Shown piece by piece: positions 18,862-26,152 of a stretch of DNA of 32,000 nucleotides (position 1 is its first letter; every line of letters begins with the position of its first letter). This DNA comes from a bacterium (GTDB lineage Bacteria; UBP7; UBA6624; JBBIMK01): positions 4,494 to 36,493 of the forward strand of contig JBBIMK010000021.1 in NCBI GenBank assembly GCA_037444445.1. Reading direction: 5' to 3'. A model generated the notes under the pieces. The model worked only from the letters and a program-made list of their open reading frames with translations, was not told where the DNA came from and searched no databases. The position numbers were made by a program, and so were the translations under genes.

Positions 18862-19232
18862 TCCTTTCCTTCCTCCCGGGCTGGCAAAATCTCTCGTTCC
18901 TCAGTTTTCGCCATCCCTCGCTCCCTCGCCTGCTGAAGCACCCGCCGGGAGGCTTCCAGCTCCGTCAGGTGAATTCTCAGGTTCTCAACTACCCGCCGTT
19001 GGGCGCTTAATTCCTCCACCAGTCGCTCCCTCTCCTCTAATTCACGAGCATCCAACACCGAGAGCACACCATATACAAGTGTGAAACTGACTATCACACC
19101 CATCCCCAGCAAAAAGAATTTCCACGAGGGCAGGTGTTCCCGCGCTTGAGAATCCGTGGAGCCGACTCTCTCCATTCGGTGATGCGCCAGAGCCTGCTCC
19201 GAATTTTGCGATTCACCAGCCGAATCCGTCAT
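18858..19232 (-). CDS. ftsL: cell division protein FtsL-like (bitopic, coiled coil)
   Basis: 124 aa with a single TM (FFLLGMGVIVSFTLVYGVLSVL) followed by the coiled-coil-like ELEERERLVEELSAQRRVVENLRIHLTELEA. It sits between rsmH and ftsI with ATGA overlaps on both sides. The call rests on position and architecture only. Confidence 0.65.
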   Translation of the reverse strand: MTDSAGESQNSEQALAHHRMERVGSTDSQAREHLPSWKFFLLGMGVIVSFTLVYGVLSVLDARELEERERLVEELSAQRRVVENLRIHLTELEASRRVLQQARERGMAKTEEREILPAREEGKE

Positions 19233-20131
19233 TCCAGTGTCCTCCGCTCAAAAGCCCTTAAACGGGCGCTTCTTCCTCGCCGATTTTCCTCCACTTCTTC
19301 CCCGGGTGGAAAAACGGGAAAGGGCTTCAAAATTTCCCCCTTCCCTTCCCTTTCCCACCTTCTGAAGGTTTGCTTCACAATCCGGTCCTCCAGGGAATGA
19401 TAAGCAATGACCAGCAGGCGCCCGCCGGGTCGCAGGCAAGAAATCCCTTCCTCCAGCCCCTCCCGCAGCGCATTCAGTTCATCGTTCACCGCTATACGCA
19501 GGGCTTGAAATACCCGCGTCGCTGGGTGAATCCTCCCGCGATAACGCACAGGCACCGCCCCTTTCACCAAATCCGCCAGGCTCACCGTGGTCAGCGGCAA
19601 CTCCTTCTTCTCCCGGACCCACACAATCCTTCGGGCAATTCGCCGAGACCACCGCTCCTCCCCATATTCTCGGAAAATCCTCTCTAACTCAAAAAGTGAG
19701 GAAGATTCCAGTATTTCCCGGGCTGTTCGCCTCATCCCGGTATCCATCCGCATATCCAGAGGACCGGGATGCAAAAAGGAAAATCCCCGTTCCGGCGTCT
19801 CTAACTGGAGGGAAGAAACTCCCAGATCCATCAGGATGCCGTCCACCTGCCTTACACCCGTATGGCTCAAAAGTTGCTGTAAACGCCTGAAATTCCCCTG
19901 AAGCAGAGTGAAGGCTTTCCCTGTTTCCTCCAGCGTCGTCTGTGCTTCGCACAAAGCAAAGGCATCCTGGTCAATCCCGATGAGACGCCCTTGCTGCAAC
20001 TCATTCAGAATGGCCCGGGCATGTCCACCCGTTCCTACGGTAGCGTCCACGAAAACGCCCCGAACCGGGTGAAGAAAATTCAGCACCTCCTTCACCATCA
20101 CCGGACGATGTCGTATCCTCAAATCCACCAT
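19229..20131 (-). CDS. rsmH: 16S rRNA (cytosine1402-N4)-methyltransferase RsmH (MraW)
   Basis: HRPVMVKEVLNFL...VDATVGTGGHARAIL, DLGVSSLQLE..ERGFSF, PLDMRMD, and IAYHSLEDRIVK. Confidence 0.95.
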   Translation of the reverse strand: MVDLRIRHRPVMVKEVLNFLHPVRGVFVDATVGTGGHARAILNELQQGRLIGIDQDAFALCEAQTTLEETGKAFTLLQGNFRRLQQLLSHTGVRQVDGILMDLGVSSLQLETPERGFSFLHPGPLDMRMDTGMRRTAREILESSSLFELERIFREYGEERWSRRIARRIVWVREKKELPLTTVSLADLVKGAVPVRYRGRIHPATRVFQALRIAVNDELNALREGLEEGISCLRPGGRLLVIAYHSLEDRIVKQTFRRWEREGKGEILKPFPVFPPGEEVEENRRGRSARLRAFERRTLE

Positions 20132-20604
20132 CGCAGAACTCTTTGCTCCTCTTCAGAAAACTCTTCCAGCCTGGAAACCAGCTGCTTCCTCCAGGCTTCA
20201 AAGTGATGTCTCGCCCACAGGAAAAGCATGGAGTTACCCGTGATAGCCACTTCATCTTTCATTTCCGCATACTCAATAAAATCTCTGGGCAGAAGAATCC
20301 TGCCCAATTCGTCAAAGGTTCGGTAGCGAGACCAGTGTTCCGTGAACAGTTGAATATCGTAGGCTCTGGTCTGGTATTTTTCCGGAAGATTCTCCAGATA
20401 TTTCAGATATTCATCACGCTGATGTGGCGACATCACTCTCAGGTGGGGGATGGCAACGAAGGGGGGAGCCCAGACAATCCAGACTTCATCGCTGGCAAGG
20501 CGTTTTCTGTATTCTTGAGGGATGAGGATTCGCCCTGCCGGGTCCAGCCTCTGGTAGAAATTGTTAGTAGAATTTTTCCTGCCCACTGCCGTTCTGATTT
20601 TCAT
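20119..20604 (-). CDS. mraZ: transcriptional regulator MraZ
   Basis: Two copies of the MraZ D-x-x-G-R-I-L-I/L-P motif (LDPAGRILIPQEYRKRL and DELGRILLPRDFIEYA). It is the first gene of the dcw cluster. Confidence 0.85.
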   Translation of the reverse strand: MKIRTAVGRKNSTNNFYQRLDPAGRILIPQEYRKRLASDEVWIVWAPPFVAIPHLRVMSPHQRDEYLKYLENLPEKYQTRAYDIQLFTEHWSRYRTFDELGRILLPRDFIEYAEMKDEVAITGNSMLFLWARHHFEAWRKQLVSRLEEFSEEEQRVLRWWI

Positions 20605-20627
20605 ACTTTAACATATTTTCCCAAAAA

Positions 20628-20707
20628 TTTCCACTCTAAACCCCACTTCGTGCACCCCATTTTCAACTTTTGGTAACATATTATAGGAAAACCTGATACC
20701 CCATTTC
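20628..20707 (-). promoter_or_regulatory. candidate mraZ promoter (-10 TATAAT at 20685-20680) with four (A/G)TGG(G/A) direct repeats that may be MraZ boxes
   Basis: The minus strand reads GAAATGGGGTATCAGGTTTTCCTATAATATGTTACCAAAAGTTGAAAATGGGGTGCACGAAGTGGGGTTTAGAGTGGAAAT. There is no convincing -35. Box spacings are 44, 14 and 12 nt, not the 10-nt phasing described for E. coli. Confidence 0.3.
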
Positions 20708-20907
20708 CCCCCTTTTTCCTCCCTTCAACTCCCCATCCCAACGCTAAAATCCCCCATCTTGTTGCTTTAACCCCCTGTACAATTTTTACATATTCTCCTG
20801 ACAATCCTTACTTTTTCCGAACATTCTTGCCAGTTCTACTGATAAATGTAGAAACACTATGTTCAAAGCAGGGAAGGTGAGCGACCGACTTCCACCATAT
20901 TTCTGCC

Positions 20908-20936
20908 TGCCGGAAAATCATCTCTTCGGCATTTTT
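20908..20936 (+). terminator. orphan intrinsic-terminator-like hairpin in the mraZ / tRNA-Ser spacer
   Basis: Stem TGCCGGA/TTCGGCA (20908-20914 with 20925-20931, one G-U pair), 10-nt loop, then TTTTT (20932-20936). No annotated plus-strand gene lies upstream. Confidence 0.35.
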
Positions 20937-21094
20937 CTTCTAAGATTATGGGGTTTTTCCACATTTTACAATGCAACAAGGTGGGAAGAATGGCGGGACG
21001 AAATCATGGGCTTGCTTGCTGTGTGATGTAAATCACTTATTTCCGGATATAATGAATGTGGTAGTTGCTAATGGCGGAGGGTAAATCCTTATGC

Positions 21095-21188
<94 letters not shown>

Positions 21189-21268
21189 GTTATCACCTTT
21201 TGGATTCTGGCAGGAATTTTGCAAACCCAAGAGCAGTGGAACCAAAAATTTAAGAAGGAGGTAAACTT

Positions 21269-21479
21269 ATGCCATTTACAACCGTAAAAGTCATAAAAGG
21301 AGTGTTCTCCAAAGAGCAAAAAGGCCCAACTCATCCACAAGGACACCGAAGCGATGATTGAGGTTGAGGGCGAGGGCATGCGCGATTTGACCTGGGGCGA
21401 CATTGAAGTAGTGGAACCTGGAGATTGGGCAATCGGAGGCAAGCCCATCTATCCCAAGCCGAAGCCAGCGGGTTCGTAG
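21269..21479 (+). pseudogene. 4-oxalocrotonate tautomerase-family gene interrupted by a +1 frameshift in an A5 run
   Basis: AAGGAGG (21255-21261) is followed 7 nt later by ATG 21269. Frame 1 reads MPFTTVKVIKGVFSKEQK and stops at 21359. The next frame, from about 21321, reads KAQLIHKDTEAMIEVEGEGMRDLTWGDIEVVEPGDWAIGGKPIYPKPKPAGS*. Joined, the two give a typical 69-aa Pro-1 tautomerase. The junction lies in caaaaagg (21317-21324). Confidence 0.75.
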
Positions 21480-21546
21480 TTTCAAATGATAACTGAAAAA
21501 AAATTCAAAGAATTCTCTCACGGCCCATTAACAAAACTGCCACGCT

Positions 21547-21572
21547 AAAAAAGCAGCCAGCGGAGAACGCTG
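21547..21572 (-). terminator. weak terminator candidate downstream of the repeat-protein gene
   Basis: On the minus strand: CAGCG-TTCTC-CGCTG (5-bp stem), then GCTGC, then TTTTTT. The T-tract is 5 nt away from the stem, so support is weak. Confidence 0.3.
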
Positions 21573-21647
21573 AGCGAGAAGTCAAGATTTTGTATCATCG
21601 GTAGCGTTGAGGTCAAAAGATTTAAGGTGTAAAAGGGTGGGGAGGGA

Positions 21648-23768
21648 TTATTTTTTGAGGAGTTGGAGTTCTTCCTCGGTGAGGGTGCCGGAGCCGTCTT
21701 GCTTTCGCAGTTTTGCGATTTCTGATGCGAGGGCAGAGCGCTGCTGGATAGCCAGAGCAATCAGGCTCTCCAGGACTTCAGCGGAGGCGCCGAGTTTTAC
21801 CACCTCAAAGGCGGATTCCAGGTCGCCAGCGCGGATAAATTCCACCGCCATCTGATTGATTTCCTCAAGGGTCAGGGTTCCTGTTCCGTCGGGCTTTCTC
21901 AGATAAGCAACTTGAAGAGCTTTCGGCAGGTTCCGTTCGCGGATGGCGAAGCGAACCAGGCGGTCAATTTCCTCAGGGAAGAGGGTTCCGGTTCCATCCG
22001 GCTTCCGGTGGCGAGCCACTTCTATGGCATCTCCCAGCATCCCCCTGCGAACGCAGTAACCGACGAGCATATCGTAAGCAAAGGGGGTAGCACCCAGGCG
22101 TGCGGTTTCCAGACCCGTGCGAAAATCTCCATCTTCAACGAACCGTTGCACCAGCCGGTCCAGAACATCTGGCGAGGCTCCCAGTCGCGCCGCCTGAAGT
22201 GCCTCCCTTGTCCTTCCTTCCCGGTTCAAGTGAACCACCATCTGGTCAACTTCCGCTGGAGTGAGTATTCCAGTTCCATCGGGCTTTCGCAATTTCGCCG
22301 CCTGAACGGCTTCCTCTACCATCTGCCGTTCGGTGCAGTAAGAAACCAATAAATCAATCGTTTCCGGCACTGCACCCACACGAAGAGACTGGAACATATC
22401 GGGAAATCCTCGGGCTTCCAGGTATTTCACGACGAGGCGGCCGAAGGTGGCTGGATGTATAATCTGCCGCACCCGCTCCTGAGTCCAGGGTCCCTTCCCT
22501 CCTGCGTCTATAAAAATCCGAAACAGGAATTCCATTTCTTCCAGTGTTACATATCCGGTTCCTTCGGGCGTGCGAAGACGAGCCGCCTGCTGAATCACTT
22601 CCACTCTCGGGAACTGGCTCTGCATTTCTCTCTGGATGAGTCGAGTCAGGAGCTCGGAATGGCTGGTAGGGTCTCGGGCGGATTCCCCTGCTTCCGGAAG
22701 ATACCTGAGCAGAAAAGAGGTTCGCAAAGTGTGGAGTTCCTCCGGCGTCAGGGAGCCTTTACCGCCGGGCTCTCGCTGATGGGCGGCACGAAAGGCATGG
22801 TCCACATATCCCCGCTGTAGATAAAGGGACATCAAGCGTTCCCGTAAGGGGGGAGAAACACCCTGCTGGGCAATCTGAAGCACCACATCCAGCCAGAAGA
22901 CGGGCACACCCTGTTCCATCACGGATTCCCGTTCTACCCAGCCTTTCTTTTCATCCAGGAAAATGAGAGCGTGGCTCACCAGCCTTTCTCTCACATCTTC
23001 CGAGACACCGAATTTCGCCACTTCAATGGCGGGCCAGAGGTCCACCAGAGAAGCATCCCGAGCCAGGAGGTTTTTCACCAGGTCATTCCGCTCTTCCAGG
23101 GTCAGGTTGCCTGTTCCATCCGGTGTACGGAGTTTCGCTGTTTCCATGGCGACGGCGGCATTTCCCCTGGCGATTAAGACTTCAATCAGGCGATTCAAGC
23201 AAGAAAGGGAAACGCCACGGCGAGCCACCCTCGCCGCAATGTCTTCTCTTCCATTGGCAATGAAAGCATCTACCAGCCGCTCATAATCCTCCATTGAAGT
23301 GGTGCTGATGCGAGTGGCTTTCAGGGCTTCTTCCATATTTCCTGATTGAATATTCACCTGGATGAGCGTACTGACTTCTTCGGGAGTTAATTTTCTGTCT
23401 GGGCGTAAGCGGGCGGCTTTTCGGGCGATGTCCACCCATCCGGCCTTCGCATATGCGTGAATTAACTTCTCCCGCAGGCTTTCCGGCACCGTCTTGTCCA
23501 GGAATTCCACGGTATAAGAAACCTGGTCATGCTGGAGACACGCCTCCAGAAACAGATGAAGAGCCTCGCGTGAGGGCTTCAGCCTGCAGGCTTCAGCGGC
23601 AAGGTGAAACTGCATTGCCTCCACGAGGCTCCGAACCAGCAGGTCCACCCCCTTCTGGGAGGCTCCATGCGCCGCCCGATGAACCGCTTCCTCCCACTTC
23701 CTCTGAAAGAGGGCGGAACGAACAAGCCCATCTACCCGACGCTCATGTAACCTCTGCAACAAGCCCAC
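21648..23768 (-). CDS. orphan alpha-helical repeat protein, pentatricopeptide (PPR)-like, with eight A(K/R)LR(K/T)PDGTGxLTxEE loops
   Basis: Long ORF (706 codons, GTG start; the first in-frame ATG is codon 52) with no competing frame. It is built from 31-36-aa repeat units along its whole length. No signal peptide or TM segment. See findings. Confidence 0.8.
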   Translation of the reverse strand: MGLLQRLHERRVDGLVRSALFQRKWEEAVHRAAHGASQKGVDLLVRSLVEAMQFHLAAEACRLKPSREALHLFLEACLQHDQVSYTVEFLDKTVPESLREKLIHAYAKAGWVDIARKAARLRPDRKLTPEEVSTLIQVNIQSGNMEEALKATRISTTSMEDYERLVDAFIANGREDIAARVARRGVSLSCLNRLIEVLIARGNAAVAMETAKLRTPDGTGNLTLEERNDLVKNLLARDASLVDLWPAIEVAKFGVSEDVRERLVSHALIFLDEKKGWVERESVMEQGVPVFWLDVVLQIAQQGVSPPLRERLMSLYLQRGYVDHAFRAAHQREPGGKGSLTPEELHTLRTSFLLRYLPEAGESARDPTSHSELLTRLIQREMQSQFPRVEVIQQAARLRTPEGTGYVTLEEMEFLFRIFIDAGGKGPWTQERVRQIIHPATFGRLVVKYLEARGFPDMFQSLRVGAVPETIDLLVSYCTERQMVEEAVQAAKLRKPDGTGILTPAEVDQMVVHLNREGRTREALQAARLGASPDVLDRLVQRFVEDGDFRTGLETARLGATPFAYDMLVGYCVRRGMLGDAIEVARHRKPDGTGTLFPEEIDRLVRFAIRERNLPKALQVAYLRKPDGTGTLTLEEINQMAVEFIRAGDLESAFEVVKLGASAEVLESLIALAIQQRSALASEIAKLRKQDGSGTLTEEELQLLKK

Positions 23769-23969
23769 GAATTACTTCACCTGCCTCCTCTTTACCTCCT
23801 TCAATCATCTTTATTATCTCATAGAAGTTCCTGCGATTTCAACTGTCGGGGAAGATAGGGTATTCAAAATTCTCTACGAATTTGCAGTGCGGGAAGAGAC
23901 AAATCTATGGCTTCCCCGTGCCTCCCGCAGGTTTTGTATGGATGGCTATCTGCCCCCACCAACGGAGGG

Positions 23970-23986
23970 TGGTATAATGGGGAAGG
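23970..23986 (+). promoter_or_regulatory. candidate extended -10 promoter TGGTATAAT followed by GGGGAAGG
   Basis: TG at 23970-23971 and TATAAT at 23973-23978. No clear -35. The 15-mer GTATAATGGGGAAGG (23972-23986) recurs at 27834-27848. Confidence 0.4.
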
Positions 23987-24010
23987 TTATGGTGGTCGTA
24001 AAATTTTTCT

Positions 24011-25306
24011 ATGGATAGCACCGGAGGATTTTTATCTTCAGAAATAAACAGAATGCGGGAGCGGTTTCCCGCCCTGCAATCTCGTGACTTTCGGATGTTC
24101 TGGACAGGGCAAATGGTTTCTCTCACCGGCACCTGGATGCAGTCCGTGGCGCAAGCGTGGCTGGTGCTGAAACTGACGAATTCGCCGCTGACGCTGGGCA
24201 TCATTGGCGCCCTCCAGTCGGCTCCCGTGTTCCTCTTTTCCATCTTCGCAGGGGTTCTGATAGACCGCATCCCGAAACGAACTTTGCTCCTGTTCACTCA
24301 ATCCGTCCTCACTCTTCAGGCGCTGATTTTAGGCATCCTCACTCTCACGAAAACTGTGGCGTTCTGGCATATTGCCGTGCTGGCAACTGTCCTCGGGCTC
24401 GCCAATACTATGGATATGCCCGGTCGGCAGGCTTTCATCAAAGAAATGGTGAAGCGGGAAGATGCGGTGATGAATGCAGTGGCTCTGAACTCCACCATCT
24501 TCAACCTTGCGAGGGTGCTGGGACCGGGAATTGCCGGCCTCCTGATGACCCGGTTTGACATCGGCATCATTTTCATACTGAATGCCTTCACTTTTCTCCC
24601 GGTTCTCTGGAGCATTCATCGGATGGAAGCAGGTAGGGAGGCGCCCAAAACCAACACTACCATTCTCAAAAGTGCAACAGAAGGCTTACACTATGTGAGA
24701 AGCCAGCCGGTGCTTTTCAGGCTTCTTCTCCTCCTCGCCTTCCTCAGTATCTTCTCCATCAACTTCAATGTGTTGATACCTGTGTTCGCCAAAATCTATT
24801 TGCATGAAACGGCGAAGGGCTACGGCCTATTGATGTCTTCTATGGGGCTGGGAGCGCTGGCAGGCGCTGGATTCCTGATTCTTCTCAGCCGACGGGGACC
24901 CCAATCTTCTCTGATTTACGGGGGAGCCCTCGGGCTTTGTATTTTTCAAGCACTCCTGCCCCTCACTCATTCTATTCCCTCCGCTTCTCCTCTTTTATTC
25001 CTTGCGGGCGCCAGTATGATTATCTACATTTCCACCACGAATACCCTACTTCAGGTAACCAGTCTGGATGAATATCGTGGGCGAGTGATGAGCCTTTATA
25101 TACTGGTCTTCGGCGGTGCTACTCCCATTGGTAACCCGCTCATTGGCACCCTCACGGAGCATCTGGGCGTTCCATTCGCTCTGCTTTTCGGCGGGCTTCT
25201 GGGCGCGGTCATCACACTCATCTTCGCCGGGTGGAGGCTCTACGCTCGTCGCCCCACCAATCTCGGAATTCCCTTCCCGGGAATGAAATGGAGAACCTTC
25301 AAATGA
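24011..25306 (+). CDS. MFS transporter (MFS_3 / EntS-like family)
   Basis: RDFRMFWTGQMVSLTGTWMQSVAQAWLVL is a typical N-terminus of this MFS subfamily. About 12 hydrophobic segments. The start is ambiguous: ATG 24011 or MRERF at 24053. Confidence 0.88.
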   Translation: MDSTGGFLSSEINRMRERFPALQSRDFRMFWTGQMVSLTGTWMQSVAQAWLVLKLTNSPLTLGIIGALQSAPVFLFSIFAGVLIDRIPKRTLLLFTQSVLTLQALILGILTLTKTVAFWHIAVLATVLGLANTMDMPGRQAFIKEMVKREDAVMNAVALNSTIFNLARVLGPGIAGLLMTRFDIGIIFILNAFTFLPVLWSIHRMEAGREAPKTNTTILKSATEGLHYVRSQPVLFRLLLLLAFLSIFSINFNVLIPVFAKIYLHETAKGYGLLMSSMGLGALAGAGFLILLSRRGPQSSLIYGGALGLCIFQALLPLTHSIPSASPLLFLAGASMIIYISTTNTLLQVTSLDEYRGRVMSLYILVFGGATPIGNPLIGTLTEHLGVPFALLFGGLLGAVITLIFAGWRLYARRPTNLGIPFPGMKWRTFK

Positions 25307-26061
25307 CATCGGCAGAAGAATGGTGGCAGGATTTCTTTGACGAAGATATGAAAAAAATCCTGTTCCCCGAGGAAAGATGGCAAAAGGCGGAAGAGAATGC
25401 AGACGCTTTAGTAAGGCTTCTGGAAATCCTCCCCGGAGCCAATATCCTCGATTTAGCCTGTGGAACCGGGAGGTATGCCATTCCCCTCGCTCGCAGAGGA
25501 TTTCAGGTGACAGCCCTGGACCTCACACCTGCTTATTTACAGGAGGGACAGAAGAAAGCCGAGGCTGAAAACCTATCCATTCGGTGGGTTCAGGGTGATA
25601 TGCGCGACATTCCTTTTCAGGATGCATTTGACGCTGTGATCAACATCTTCACCAGTTTCGGGTTCTTTGAAGAGGAAAGCGACCATTGGAAAACGCTAAA
25701 AGGCATTGCTAAGGCACTCAAGCCCGGGGGTAAGTTTTTAATGGATGTGATACATCGGGATTGGCTGATTCGCAACTTTCGGCCCCGCAACTGGCATCAG
25801 CAAGATGGGGATTCCTATCTCTTAGAAGAGAGTCAATTTGACGAAGTGAACAGCCGGGTCATTTCCATCTGGACCCTGCTTCTGCCCTCCCGACGCAGGG
25901 AATATCGCTTTTCCCTTCGTGCTTTTACACTGAAGGAACTCATTCAGTTGTGCGCCTCCGCAGGGTTAGAATATGTGAAAGCGTGTGGAAGCCTGAGTGG
26001 AGAAGCCCTTTCTCTGGACTCCCAGCGTCTTATCTTTCTCGCCCGCAAGCCCTTGCCATAA
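25303..26061 (+). CDS. class I SAM-dependent methyltransferase
   Basis: Motif I ILDLACGTGRYAIPLARRG, post-I acidic VTALDL, and INIFTSFGFF/LKPGGKF. The start at 25303 makes an ATGA overlap with the MFS stop. The track's upstream ATGs (25231, 25288) lie inside the MFS gene. Confidence 0.85.
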   Translation: MTSAEEWWQDFFDEDMKKILFPEERWQKAEENADALVRLLEILPGANILDLACGTGRYAIPLARRGFQVTALDLTPAYLQEGQKKAEAENLSIRWVQGDMRDIPFQDAFDAVINIFTSFGFFEEESDHWKTLKGIAKALKPGGKFLMDVIHRDWLIRNFRPRNWHQQDGDSYLLEESQFDEVNSRVISIWTLLLPSRRREYRFSLRAFTLKELIQLCASAGLEYVKACGSLSGEALSLDSQRLIFLARKPLP

Positions 26062-26152
26062 AAGACAATTGAGCCTCTGCACAATTCATAATGCCTCCCC
26101 ATTAAAACGATAAATGCTGATGAAGGTGTAAAATGCAAGGGGTGGTGGGTAG

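Noticed and set aside
20143-20676. 177-codon plus-strand ORF covering almost all of mraZ in antisense
   Set aside because: MraZ motifs are clear on the minus strand. The antisense product has no recognisable features, and it would start inside rsmH.
20601-20804. 67-codon minus-strand ORF (TTG start) ending in an ATGA overlap with mraZ
   Set aside because: It has a non-ATG start and no Shine-Dalgarno sequence. Its Trp/Gly-rich product is a by-product of the TGGGG repeats, and it would span the candidate mraZ promoter. I read this stretch as regulatory DNA, though a leader peptide cannot be fully excluded.
20859-21031. Small plus-strand ORFs in the spacer (55 codons at 20859-21026; 13 codons at 20990-21031, MAGRNHGLACCVM, with an AAGGTGG-like ribosome-binding site)
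   Set aside because: The longer ORF reads through a terminator-like hairpin and lacks a ribosome-binding site. The 13-codon one is too short to support from sequence alone.
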